The notes under the pieces are model-generated. The model was not told the DNA's origin. It saw only the letters and a list, made by a program, of their open reading frames with translations, and did no database searches. The position numbers and the translations under genes are program-made. A stretch of DNA of 64,000 nucleotides from Adineta vaga (lineage: Eukaryota; Animalia; Rotifera). Location: positions 13,578,001 to 13,642,000 of the forward strand of contig CP075494.1 in NCBI GenBank assembly GCA_021613535.1, read 5' to 3'. Positions 26,901 to 40,294 of the stretch are shown here, one piece after another (within the stretch, counting starts at the first letter, position 1; each line of letters begins with the position of its first letter).

Positions 26901-29900
26901 GGTGTGAAATTAGTTGGTGGTGGTCGATTTGAATTATCGAAAGCATCCGGTGGTAAACGACAGATCTTAAAAATTATCAATGCTAGTTTAACTGATTCGG
27001 GTGAATATGCATGTACAGCTGGCAGTGAACAAGTTCGTACAGTTGCTAATCTTGTTATTGGTGATTTGAATGTGGAATTTTCACAAACATTACAAGATCG
27101 AACAATACTTGAAGATCAAACTTTAATACTTGAATGTGTTGTCAACCGTACAGATAAACCTATCGCATGGTTCTTTAATGATCAACAAATTCAATCGGGA
27201 ACAAAATATGATATTGGTCGAGAGAAGAATAAATTACGATTAGTGATCAAAAATGTTACTATTGAGAATGAAGGACAATATACATGTCGTGTAGCAGATG
27301 TTAAAACTCAATGTAAAGTCATTGTTGATGAAGAAAAAGTTCGTTTTGTCGAACGATTAACTGATGTTGGAACAAAAGAAGGTGAAAGCGCGAAATTTCA
27401 ATGTTCCGTTTCAAAATTAACTTATGTTAAAGCAAAACGTGATGTCGATTTTAAATGGTTACTTAATGGAAAGATCGTTGAAGAAACAGATGATAAGAAA
27501 TATTCAATTGAATTTGATAAACCAAATAAAATCTTAAAATTAACCATTAATGATGTACGAAATGAAGATGTTGGTATTATAACTTGTCAAGCAGATGATG
27601 TGACAACAATTGGACGATTAAATGTTGAAGAAATTCCAATTTATTTCGTTCGTAAACCTGAAGATCAAATTCTAACTGAATTACCAAATATATGTATATT
27701 TGAATGTGAATTAAATCGAGCTGGTATTCAAGTTAAATGGTTACATAATAAGAAAGAATTAGATTTTCATAAAGATAAAATTGAATTTCATAATACGGAT
27801 ACAATTTATCGATTGAAATTATTACAAATTGATGTGGAAGATCAAGGTGAATATGTTTGTGTAGCAAGAGATAAGAAAGCACAAGCATTCTTGAAATTAC
27901 AAGTTCCACCGAAAATTGAATCATTTCAAACTAATTCCAAATTAATTAAACACGATCAACCATTAGTTATTGATGTATTCTATACAGGATGGCCGGAACC
28001 AGCAATAGAATGGAATCGGACAAATAATAAAATGAAAACGAAATTAATTAAAAATGGTCATATACAAATGACTATTGATGCAATGCATCGTAGCGATGGC
28101 GGTTTATATGAAGTAACATTGAAAAATGAATATGGACAAGATCAACGCAATGGAACAATTGAAGTACTTGATAAACCAAGTAAACCGAAGAATTTAATTG
28201 TGAAATTATTGGATATTGGTGAATGTGAATTAACTTGGGAAGAACCAGATGATGATGGTGGTTCAGCATTGACAGGTTATTGTATTGAAAAATGTGAAGA
28301 ACGACGAGCTTCGTCATGGGATGAAGTTTGTGTCATGAGTTTTGAAGAAAAACGAGCAATTGTCAATCGATTAATTGATGGAGCAAAATATCGTTTTCGT
28401 GTTAGTGCAGAAAATAAATATGGTCGATCTGAACCATGTGAATATCCGGAAGTAATCTTAATAAAGAGTCCATTTGATCCACCATCTGCACCTGAAGCTC
28501 CACTTATTGATGAAATATTTGCGACGACATGCCGCGTACAATGGTCACCACCAGCTAGTGATGGTGGTACACCACTAACAGGTTATATTGTTGAACGTCA
28601 TATTCAAGGTGCATCACGTTGGTCAAAAGTAACCAAACAACCAATTAGTCCTGATACAACATTTGTTATTGCAGAAGATTTAGTTGAAGGAAGTGAATAT
28701 GAATTTCGAGTTATTGCTTGCAATAAAGTTGCACAATCAGAACCAAGTGCACCATCAAGAACAATTATTGCAAAGAATCCATTTGGTAAATGATTACATA
28801 CATTAAACATTTTCAAAAAATATATATTTTCATTTGTTTTTCTTCTTCTTTTAGATAAACCAGGTCCACCTCTCGATTTAATAATTGAAGCAGTTGCAAA
28901 TGATTGGATTGAATTAAGTTGGCAACCACCCATTAAAGATGGTGGATCACCAATAACAGGCTATGTAATTGAAAAACGAACACCAGCAAATTACAAATGG
29001 CTTGTAAGTTAAAACGAATTTATTCCTTTTGTTTTTCTATGGATTTCCTTTTTCCTTTCTTTTCTCAGACTGCAACTGAACCATTTGAAGGTACAAAAAA
29101 TAAAGTTCGTTCATTACATACTGGACAGAAATATGAATTTCGTGTTCGTGCACAAAATCTTGCTGGTCTTGGTGAACCATCGAATTCTACAAAAGAAACA
29201 GAAATACGAGAACCTGTGACTGGTGAAAAACCACGATTTATTCAAGAATTAGAATCAGTTACTGTTATCAGTGGAAAACCAGTAACATTAACTGCCCGTG
29301 TTAAAGGTGATCCAACTCCACAATTTAAATGGTTAGTATTTCTAAAAACAAAATTTATAAAAAAAAAAAGAGTTTAATTGTTTAATCATTTAGGTTGAGA
29401 AATGATCGTCCCGTTGTACATGATGAACATGTAACATTAAATGTGACAGGTGATACTGTCAAATTGATAATTGCAGAAGCTGCACCAACAGATGCGGGTA
29501 CCTATGAACTAATAGCAGAAAATCCTCTTGGTTCCATTGAATGTAGTGCTCGATTAACAGTAAATTGTAAGTAAACTCTATTTTTGATCAACAACAAAAT
29601 GTTCTATATGAATATTTTCTTCTCTTCATTTTAGCACCACCTGTTATTGTCAAATCTACACCATCACCAATCAGTGTCGCTGCTGGTCAAGTTCTGTATA
29701 TATCATGTGAAGTAACTGGTTATCCTCGACCAAGTATGATCTGGGAACCTGATAATAACCGAGCACGTACAGAACAATCAGATACATTTGTTGCTTTATC
29801 AATTTCTAAAGTTCGTGCAAATGAAGGTGGAAATTATAAATTAATCTTGAAAAATGTGGCTGGTACAGCTGAAGCATCATTCGATGTTAAGATTCAAAAT

Positions 29901-32900
29901 GTTCCACAACCCGTACGCAATCTGAAGATAGATAATATTCATGCTGACTCAGCTCATGTTACTTGGGAAGAACCATCAGATGATGGTGGTTTACCTATAA
30001 CTTCTTACTTTGTTGAATATCGTGATGCACGTCGTTCACAATATGTTAGAAGTGAACGTCTTACGGCTCAAACATTGGAATATGAACTTACTCGTTTAAC
30101 CAAAGGTTCGAAATACAGTGTGCGAGTATTAGCAGAAAATAAATTAGGTCAATCTGAACCGAAGGAAATCTCAGAGCCATTTGTGGCAAAAAATCCATTT
30201 GATGTACCAGGTGCACCACGAGATTTGAAAGTTTCAGGCGTTACACGGTCAACATGTCAACTACAATGGTCACCACCAAATAGTGATGGTGGATCACCAA
30301 TACAAGGTTATATTATCGAACGACAAACAGAGAAACGTTGGGTACGAGCTTTACCAACAATAGTAGAAGGAACAACAGTACAATTGGTTGATTTAATTGA
30401 AGGTTAGTTAATTGAATACAAACATATCAATGATCTTTTATTCTAAATGAAAAATAATCTCTTCACTTTAGGATCAATCTATGATTTCCGAGTTGCTGCT
30501 GTTAATGAAGAAGGTCAAGGTCCATATAGTCGTCCAAGTGAATCTGTTACTATCAAAGATCCATACGATGTACCAACTCAACCTGGACCTATTGATATTC
30601 ATGAACTAACTGATACATCATGTACATTAACATGGAAACCACCTATTCGTGATAATGGTAGTCCAATTATTGAATACATACTTGAACAACGTTTCAAATC
30701 AGATCCATCATTTACACGCGTAGAAACAGCTACACCAATCACAGAATGTATTCATAAATTAGATGAATTATTAACAAATGGTGAATATGAATTTCGTATT
30801 GCTGCACGTAATCAAGCTGGTCAAAGTGCATATTCTCAAACAGATAGGGCGATACATATTCGAGCTCCTCGTCAAGGTATTGCACCACGTATCGAAAAAT
30901 TACTCAATCAAACAATTACGGGTGGTAGTCAAGGTCGCGTTGAAGCGACAATTACTGGTTCACCAGAACCTGAAATTATTTGGTATCGAGGCGGTCGAAA
31001 ACTTCCTCTGACAACGGGACGTTATACATCCTCATTGGCCGAAGGTATTCTTGTATTATACATTAAAGAAGTACAGGAAAATGATGCTGGACAATATACC
31101 TTAGAATTACAAAATGAATATGGTAGCGATAGTAAACAATTACAATTGACTGTATTAGCAGCACCAAAAATTGATTTCGATTCTAAATATCGTAAACAAA
31201 TTATTGTTGGTCTTAATTCATCTATCCGTATTCCATTTACATTTACTGGTTCACCTAAACCGGAATTGTCAATTAGTCGAACGGATGAATCGAAAGAAAA
31301 TCGTTCTACACTAGATCTATTTGAAAGTAGCGGAACAATTCTTCTTCGTCAAACAGTACGTCAAGATACAGGTTTATATCGTTTACAAGCAACGAATGAA
31401 TGTGGTACAGCAACAGCACGTCTTGATATTCTTGTACAAACTGTTCCATCACCACCCGGTGGACCATTACAAGTGACTGCTAGTGGAAAAGATTATGCCA
31501 GTCTTGCGTGGCATACATGTTCAGATGATGGTGGAAGTGATATTGTTTCATATATTGTTGAAAAACGTGAAGCAAATAAATCTCTTTGGACAAAAGTAGC
31601 ATCAACTCGTCCAACTAATCCAACATATACATGTACTGGTTTACTTGATCAAACTAGTTATGAATTCCGAGTGTTTGCCGAAAATGATATTGGTATTAGT
31701 GAACCATTAGAATTAGAACATGCAGTTACAGCTAAATTACCATTTGAACGACCTGGTCCACCTGTTGGTCCAATTAAAATTGATTCAATCATTCAAACAG
31801 GTTGTACATTAACATGGTCACCAGCAACTGAAGATGGTGGTACGAAAATAACAGGTTATGTTATTGAAGGCAAAGATGTTAATCGACAAGCTTGGACACA
31901 GTTAGATACTGTTTCGGGTAATGAAACGTCAGTTGATCTACGACAATTGAAAGAAGATACTACTTATATATTTCGTATTATGTCAAAGAATATTGTTGGC
32001 CTTTCACAACCACTTGATAGCGAATCAGTAACATTGAAACGACCAAAAACAGTACCACATGCACCTGTTCCATTCTTTGTTAGTGATATTGATATTGATA
32101 GTTGTACATTAGAATGGGAAATACCGAAGTTTACAGGTGGAGAGAATATAGAATTGAAAAATTTTGTTATTGAACAACGTATTGGTGACAAAGAAACAAC
32201 ACCATGGAAAGCTGTTGCTGAACCTGATGCATATGTAACGAGTGCTTCCATTGGACATTTGAAAGAAGAAAAAGAATATTACTTCCGTATTAAAGCTGTA
32301 AATGAAATTGGACAATCGAAACCAACAGAATTAACAAGACCAGTTATTCCAAGACAGAAGAGTGGTATGTTTTTCATATTTATCTTTTGTTTTCATAGAA
32401 ATTTAAATTTTATCTTTATTTTTAGCTGTTCCATCAGCACCCATTGGACCTATCAGTGCTTTAATGGTTACACGAGATTCAATCACAATTAGTTGGGGAC
32501 CATGCAAAGATGATGGTGGCGCTGAATTAGTTGGTTATGTTGTTGAAAAACGTGATGCTTCACGAACTACTTGGCAACGTGTTGGATACAATGATCCAAG
32601 TACATTTACATATACAGCGACTGGACTAATCGAAGATGTTGCATATCATTTCCGTGTCTTTGCGGAAAATTCAGTTGGCATGTCACCACCATTGACTACT
32701 GTTGATCCAATTGTTGCTAAAAGTCCATATAGACGTCCAGATAAACCAGAAGGACCCTTAGTAACGAAAATTGCTTCATCAACATCTATTGATTGTTCAT
32801 GGCAACCACCACTCAATGATGGTGGTACAACATTAACTGGTTATATTATTCAAAGACGTGACGTAACAAGACCTATTTGGGTTACTGTAAGTTATTTGAA

Positions 32901-35900
32901 TAGTAGAAAACGTTTTTTTTAAACAATTCTTATATGATTATGTTACTATAGGCTGGACACGTTACTGGTGATATCTGTCGTTGTACAATTAAAGATTTAC
33001 CTGAAGATGGGTCTTATTTGATTCAAGTCTTTTCAGAAAATTCTGAAGGTCTATCCATAGAACCATTAGCATTAGAACAACCTGTTAAATTAACACGTAA
33101 AATCGATGTACCTGAACCACCAGCGAAATTAGATGTAATTGCCAAAACGGATACATCGATAACGTTGCAATGGGAAATGCCACGTAATGATGGCGGTAGT
33201 ATATTAACAGAATATCTTTTGGAAATGCGTGAAAAGAAAGGTAAAAATACAGAATGGATACAAGTACAAATTCTACCACCAGTTACAACAAGTTTCCGTG
33301 TAACAAAATTAAATGAAGATCTTTATTATAATTTCCGTATAAAAGCAGCTAATTCAATTGGATATAGTGAACCAAAATCATTAGAAAAAGCAGTGAAACC
33401 ACAAAAACAAAGTGGTAAGTATTTTTATACTATAAATCGTCATTGAAGCAAATACAATTTCATCTTTATTATAAATTTCAGAACCACCATCGATGCCTGG
33501 TAGACCATTAGAAACAACCAATATCGATCCAACATCAATGTCGATATCATGGAAACCAGCATTATCAAGTGGTTCAAGTGATCTTGCCAATTATCTAATT
33601 GAACGTCGTGATGCTTTGAAAGCACATTGGACTCCAGTGAAGAAAGTTTCATCGAGTCAATATAATCTTGTTATACCTGACTTAACCGAAGGTTCAAGTT
33701 ATTATTTCCGTGTTTGTGCTGTCAATGAAGATGATCTTCAAAGTGAATGGTTAGAATTAGAAGCACCTGCTTTATGTCGAAATCCATACGATGTTCCATC
33801 ACCACCGAAAAATCTTGTTGCTACTGAAATTACTGGACAAACTGTACGTATTCAATGGGATGTACCCGAATCTGATGGTGGTAAACCAATACGTGCTTAT
33901 ATTATTGAACGACGTGATACACTACGAACAACATGGTTGAAAGAAGCACGTTGTAAAACAACAACATATGAAATTGAAAGTTTACCATTGAATGCTCAAC
34001 ATTTAATTCGTGTGACAGCTGAAAATGAAGAAGGTTTATCAGCATCATGTGAAATTGATAAACCAGTACAGATCGATGCTAAAGATCGTAAGAATTTTGT
34101 TTTTTGATTAAATTGATTTTGTTTTAATCGAATTTTTTCTTCAATTTAGTTTCATTACCCAAAGCACGTGATGTAGAAATTGGTAAAGTTAAAGGTCAAT
34201 CAATAACATTAACATGGTTACCAGCTACAGGCACATTACAAGATAAAACGGATACAATATCAGCTTATATTATCGAAGCTTGGAATTCGGAAGATCGTGC
34301 TTGGAAAGAATTAGATCGAGCTGATGTTTCTGAAATGTCATATACACGAACCGATTTTAAAACAGATCTATCATATCAATTTCGTCTTCGAACATTAACA
34401 CGTAATGGTCGATGTTCATCACCAACACGTGAAACGCAAGTACTTTCATTGAAACGTACTGTTGAACCACCAGATACACCTGAAGCTTTAACAATTACTG
34501 ATATAACTGATGATAGTTTAACATTAAATTGGCGTGAAGGTTCATCGAAAACAAAACGATATATTATTGAAAAACGTGAAGCATCAAAGAAAGTTTGGGT
34601 ACCCGTAGGTGAATCGAAAGAAACACATATTCGAGTTGAACATCTGATGCGTCATTGTCAATATGAAGTACGTGTCTTTGCTGAAAATTCATTTGGTGAT
34701 CGTTCCAAAGAAGCAGCCCTATTATTCGTTAACTTTAAAGGACGTCAAGTACCACCTGGTTTATGTGAACAATTAAAAGTGAAACAACATAGTCCAACAG
34801 CATGTATCTTAACATGGTTACCACCTATTGATACTAGCAATGCTCCTATTCGAAATTATATTGTTGAAAAACAAGCAACAGGCCGTTTGACATGGCAAAC
34901 TGTAAATGATTCATTGCAAGCATGTACATGTCTTGTAAGTGATCTATCATCCGATACCGAATATAAATTACGTGTTGCCGCTGTAAATGAATATGGTCAA
35001 GGAGAATTTGTCGAATCAGAAACTATTCAAATTAAAGAACATAATATTCCACCGTCGAAACCAATGAATTTAACTGTTACAGATAGTACTTATACATCAA
35101 TTGATGTTAGCTGGTTATGTCCACGTGAATATGGTTCTAAACCAATTAAACATTATATACTTTATAGACGCTCCAATAAAGCTGGTGCTGAATGGAAATT
35201 AATTCATCGTTTAAATCGTTCACAATTAGCATATATATTTGAAAATCTTGATTCATCTCAATCTTATCATCTACGTGTTACTGCCGAATCTGACGCAGGT
35301 GAATCCGAACCATGTGAATTACCAGCACCAGTTTCACCGAAAAAGAAAGCTAAACCACCACCAACAATAGATCATGTTTTTGTTCGAACTATTGATGATG
35401 GTGTTGTTAGTCTTCAATGGAGTGGTCTCGATTCTGATGATGATACACAAGCCGAACAAAATGTTAATTTAATTGGATATATTGTCGAAATGTTTGATGG
35501 TCATGATTGGGTCGAAGTTGAACGTACAGATAGTGAAACACGAACATGTACAATAACACATCTTCGTCAAGATATTGATTATAATTTTCGTGTCTCAGGT
35601 TACAATCGTATTGGACAAGGTCGTACAAAAGACATTGATACACCTGTCAAAGCGAAATCTCCATTTTCACGACCAGGTCAACCATCTGGTCCAATGTCGA
35701 TAACAAATGTAACACGTTCAACTGTGGACTTAAGTTGGGCAGCATCACCAAGTGTTAATGATATTCCAATAACATCTTATTTTGTTGAAAAACTTCGTGA
35801 TGGTATTTGGATTAAAGTTGGTCGTTTACCACCAACATCAACATCATTAAAAGTCTTTAATTTAATTGAAAATAAAGAAGTTCTATTTCGAGTATCAGCT

Positions 35901-36134
35901 GAAAATCGTTTTGGTGTTAGTGAAGGTTTATTATCAACACGTGTTAAACCAACACGATTATTAGAAACAAAACCAGCAACCAATCTTGATTCAACAGCTG
36001 CTAGTTATTTTGAAAAAAATATAGACCATAATGATTTCAATTTTGTTTTATATCATGATAGTCCCGCGTCAACAACATTTGATAAATTGAAATTTGGTGA
36101 TGATATTGAAGAATATATTAAAAATGTTTGGTAA
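1..36134 (+). CDS. Giant titin-like Ig/Fn3 muscle protein, multi-exon, 5' end outside the window; about 78 Ig + 20 Fn3, over 9,000 aa in the window, ending ...KFGDDIEEYIKNVW*
   Basis: Continuous I-set Ig motifs (P.P.VTW, D.G.Y...A.N..G) then Fn3 motifs (W.PP..DGG..I.GY.IE, Y.FRV.AEN..G.S.P). ORFs join in frame across canonical GT-AG introns, e.g. 585-633, 1480-1798, 1905-1966, 2140-2202, 2791-2847 ... 33415-33481, 34088-34149. Last exon 34150-36134. Confidence 0.93.
6400..7730. mobile_element. ~1.3-kb insertion in the U3-U4 intron, probably a decayed transposon remnant
   Basis: Absent from the homologous U2-U3 intron (3694-4236), whose two ends align with 6133-6400 and 7730-7944. Weak inverted similarity between ~6411-6443 and ~7672-7704; hairpin at 7641-7660. 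Confidence 0.5.
18573..19419 (+). repeat. ~847-bp near-perfect direct repeat, copy 1 (copy 2 at 20466-21312)
   Basis: Constant 1893-nt offset, includes two introns, only a few mismatches in the first intron; flanks are strongly diverged. Confidence 0.93.
20466..21312 (+). repeat. ~847-bp near-perfect direct repeat, copy 2
   Basis: Matches 18573-19419 from GATGTTAAAGGTACG to GGAACGGATAAA. Confidence 0.93.
23305..28165 (+). CDS. Titin-like gene: unique tandem Ig segment (~16 Ig of the E.P..F...L.D....E....LECE type, as in distal I-band titin/obscurin)
   Basis: Exons 22845-23854, 23909-24751, 24805-25080, 25149-25697, 25765-26043, 26113-26703 and 26764-28785 carry repeated ELPVDFEKPL / EIPIEFVRPL / EAPVEFVRPL domain starts. 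Confidence 0.85.
28166..36134 (+). CDS. Titin-like gene: C-terminal Fn3-rich segment, Fn3x3-Igx2-Fn3x3-Igx2-Fn3x14, then a ~55-aa tail
   Basis: Fn3 starts DKPSKPKNL, DPPSAPEAP, DKPGPPLDL ... SRPGQPSGPM. No protein-kinase motifs before the stop at 36132-36134. Confidence 0.85.
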
Positions 36135-36511
36135 ACAATTAGAACAATCTAACCGATTATGATTATTGTTTCTTTTTTGTTTTGAGAAAAAAAAAGAAGA
36201 AGAAAACAATTCTTCTTCTTTTGTTTGTCATAGTTCGCTTGATTGTATACGAAAAGATCAATTCCATATTATCGGTCTAATGTGTTTTATAGGCATCAAT
36301 ATAAATGCTTTGTGTGTGTGTGCGTTTGAACCTTCTCTTTTTGTGTTAACCAAAATTTATGGTCCCCGAAAGGAAAATTTTGTAATGAGATGCGAAAAAA
36401 AGAATAATTGTGCGATTCAGATTGCTCCTCCGATCGTTATGATTACTTCTTTTTTTTCTATATCGTTGGAATGTGGCGGTGAAAGTGTTTGTTTTTCTTT
36501 TCTTATTTAAC

Positions 36512-36517
36512 AATAAA
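36512..36517 (+). terminator. Candidate polyadenylation signal (AATAAA) of the titin-like gene
   Basis: AATAAA ~380 nt after the stop codon, with T-rich sequence downstream. Confidence 0.45.
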
Positions 36518-37706
36518 CTCTTATGCATTAGGATAAATGCAAATTAAAAAAAATCCATTAGTCTTTTCATTTTGATTCAATTCATACGCGTTGATATATT
36601 AAAGAATAGCTCTTGTTTTTATAATGCCATGATATCTTGAATGAAAAATCACAATGCAATGTATTCGTTTATTTTTACATTGATAGCAATGTATTAAAAT
36701 GCAGAAATTCTAGTTTCAAGCAGTTTCTGTTGTTTGTTATGTTCGTGACGTTGAACAAACCTGAAAATGTCTGATTATTTATATCCTTCAAATTCATTGA
36801 TTCTACCAACTTTCTATCAATTTAATGACTCATATCTGCTGCTTCAGAACTGTGCGTTTCAACCAGTATATTCAAATAGTCGTATGATCGATAACAACTA
36901 ACTCAGATCATTTACAATCGGTACAGGTGATAGCATTATTCCGTTTTTTGCTCGTTAGAAGTTATATGCAATTTTTCTAATCTGCGTTTTTTACACAAAT
37001 AAGAATTAACATGAAATCGACTGACTTTTTTTAAAAGTGAATTGTCAATTGTTATCTTTAGAATGCGATCCAGCTAGTTAATTTATTATCCCCTTGTCAA
37101 CATCTCCATGTGATTCATAATATTGACTTGCATTTGCATAAGCAAACATTTGAATGATGCATGCAGACATATATAACATAAAAATAAATATTTTCATTAA
37201 ATTACAGTCGTTTTGAAACTGTTTTCCATGAAAAATATATGCGAATAACGAACGTTTTCGTGTCCTGTTACCATCGAGTTAGCATAGTGCAAGTATTTAA
37301 AAAGAAAAGTAAGATCATAAAACAAATTTGATGTCAAGATTAAACTATGTATTATTGAAAAGAATCTCAGAAAACGTTTCATTTATGTATTTTGAAATAA
37401 AATAACAGCTACCTACTGAAATAAAGCGCGGAGAAAAAACCCGTTTGTTGTAATACTTGCGCAAGATGCAAATTTATTATGTGCATAATAATCAGAACAA
37501 GTACAAATGCAATCATTACTTTTTTTTATATTGTCGCCATATCTGTCAAAAGTGAAATCATACATGGGAAGTTATGACGAATCATATGTACTTAACAAGA
37601 TAACGTTTCACCGAACAGCTTTCGAAGAGAACGAACAAAAACACAGTTATTTTGTTCTTTTTCCTGTTACTATCATTGTCTAAAACAAAACTATAGACGT
37701 GATATC

Positions 37707-39448
37707 ATGGCTTGGCTGTTGTTACTTTTATTATCGATAGTTACATTTATTTGTGGTCAAATTGATGATTGTACATTGATGAATCCTGTTCAAGACTTAA
37801 GAGCTGAAGCTGCATTAGTGCAATACTATAAAAGTCCAGTTCCATACACTTTTACTGAAATTGACTTTTTCCAACCTCAATGTTTTCATTGTACGAGTCA
37901 AAAGCGTCAAATATGTGCATCAGGTTATAAAGGTGTTGAAACATATGGAATAGCTAGTGGCAGTGTAGACAGAATCTCCCTCGTTACTAATCTTCCTTAC
38001 ATATATGGACTTGGAGAAAATGTAGGCAACATAAGTACCTCTGTTCTTGCTGTGACAACTCTTCGACAACCAAATCTTACGAGTAAGTATATTACGACAG
38101 ATACATTGACCAATACTGAAGATCAGCAGAAAAATTTAAAAAGAATTAAAGTATTCACATCTTGAAACTTTCCTTAGACTTATACTGGTACGTTACATCA
38201 TTCAATATTATGTCTATAAAATTTCTTAGTAGTTAACGGTGTATTAATCATCATATTAATATATTGTTTCATGAAAAAAATTCTTTTTCTTTTTCAGTTA
38301 GCTATCGAACCATGTTGAGATTTAAGGGTGTTGGAATTGGTAATCCATTACTTAACACGAAACAAATTGTTCTTCGATTGGGTGTCAAATGTTTAGCAGG
38401 TGACACAAGCGAGCATTTTGTCACAGTTGAAGGCACACCATATGATTTAACAGTTCGTCTATCAGTGAATGTAGTTGAAAATGGTGTGCTTTCTGACTTG
38501 ACCGGTCACAAACAAGCTCGTATTAATTGTGCTACACGAAACGTGACTAGTATCAGTACGATTAATAGTGATATTAGTCTTAATATTCCTTGCACAAATG
38601 GATCATGTCTTGGTAAGAAATCATACGAGTTCTTTTTGATTATACAGATAGTATCTTTTATTTTGTTTAGGGCCAGAATTTTGCTTAACTTACCAGCCTG
38701 AATATGCTGAAGAATTAGAAATTTGGTGCCCATTAACGGTGGACAATTATGATAAAAAAAAGAATGCTCACTTAATTATACCATCGGCTGCAGCGCAGTC
38801 TTTATTGCATATTCAATTGGAACGTGAACTTTTGAATTATGATCCGATAATATTCAACGCAGTAGATTGGTTTGTGCAACATCAAGGGGAAGTCATTATT
38901 ACTGTTCCCGAAGCAACACTTGGTGATCTCTTTTACGATCCGATCTGGCATTTAGTCTTACCTAAAGGAAGCAGCCGTCCAATGAATCGACGTATTTTTC
39001 TTCTTCATAAATGTGCCAATATACGAATAAGGTACAGATAATCTTTGTATGAGAGATAAAAATAGAACATGATCGTAGAATTTCTCTCCTCAAAACTCTT
39101 TCTAGTAGTCTCTTTATAACATCTATATATTGAAATATTTTGTTTAGCTATCACTCAGACGATAATGCTAATCTTCAAGATACAATCATTTTTGTTGATA
39201 TGGGTTCCAATAAAACGTTTACTATTCGTGAGGATAATGATTTAGAAGCTGCACGTCGTTCATGTGGTATCAATATCCTAACAAATGAACAAAGCACAGA
39301 GACGACGACGGCGACGTCAACAACGGTTCAAAAACCAACAAGAACAACAGTTCCTGATAATCACGCAGCGGTTGTGTGTATCTATATATCCGGCTTACAT
39401 TGGATGTTATCTTTGATAATAGTGGCAAAACTCATTTTACTAAAATAA
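37707..39448 (+). CDS. Uncharacterised 450-aa secreted, probably GPI-anchored cell-surface glycoprotein; exons 37707-38082, 38298-38612, 38671-39031, 39148-39448
   Basis: Exons sum to 1353 nt in frame with GT-AG introns. N-terminal signal peptide MAWLLLLLLSIVTFICG, several Cys and N-x-S/T sites, Thr-rich stalk (STETTTATSTTVQKPTRTT), hydrophobic C-terminus with no cytoplasmic tail. Confidence 0.8.
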
Positions 39449-39741
39449 TGTTTTTGATCATTGTTTTCTTTTGTCTTCACATATAATATAATCTATGGTT
39501 TTAAATCATATACCAAACAGATTTTTATCAAGACCCAGAAGTATGATTGTTCGATTTCCAAAATCTACATTAGACCTCAACATGTTTTCGAAATAGTTTA
39601 ATATCAAATGCGATTAATCACAGTATCTTCATTCATATAACATAAAAAATATACACACACATTTGATCTTTCAACAGTTTGTTTCTGCGTTTATCATTAA
39701 AAACATGTTACAATGAAAGATAAATTATTACTTGACTGTTG

Positions 39742-40114
39742 GGGATTCCCGAATTTCGCCAATAAGACTTTCGCCAACTGGACATTCGCCAATGGTGAAA
39801 GTCCAGCGATTTGTTGGCGAAAATACGGTGGACATTCGCCAATTGGCGAAGGTCATGATGGAATACTGGCGAAAGTACAGTGAGCTCTTTTCAGCTATCA
39901 TAGACGAATGCAAATGTCGGTTGCGTGTGCGGAACTAGGATATCAGGCTGTACCTTATTGCTGTCCTTTATCGACTTCGTCGAAAGACATCTTCTTATCT
40001 TATAAGTTATTTTGGCGAAAGTACAGTAGATATTCGCCAGTTGGCGAAAGTCATGGGGGTATACTGGCGAACGTCCTATTGGCGAAAGTCTTATTGACGA
40101 AGTTCGGGTAAGCC
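39742..40114. mobile_element. 373-bp non-autonomous DNA transposon (MITE), Merlin- or Mutator-like
   Basis: 8-bp TSD GACTGTTG at 39734-39741 and 40115-40122. TIRs GGGATTCCCGAATTTCGCCAATAAGACTTTCGCCAA vs reverse complement GGCTTACCCGAACTTCGTCAATAAGACTTTCGCCAA (31/36 identical, similarity extends to ~50 bp). Repeated TTCGCCA/TGGCGAA motifs inside. Confidence 0.88.
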
Positions 40115-40294
40115 GACTGTTGAGGTAGTATCTATTACACGTTGCTTGTTGAATCTAATATAAAGGCGTATCTTTAATAGTTGCCACTTCTTTTATTTAG
40201 ATAAAAGTCATAACTAGGATAATCTAGATAAAAAAATCTTTTTTTCGTCTACTAAAAGAAATAGAATGCATTCGTATGCAACATAATTCCCCAT

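Noticed and set aside
38178-38187. Possible 10-nt micro-exon (TAG|ACTTATACTG|GTACGT) in the GPI-protein gene
   Set aside because: Inclusion shifts the frame into an immediate stop; the direct 38082-38298 join is in frame.
39728-40111. Short ORFs and short repeats resembling a CRISPR array or small genes
   Set aside because: Explained by the MITE (TIRs plus TSD); motif spacing is irregular and in both orientations.
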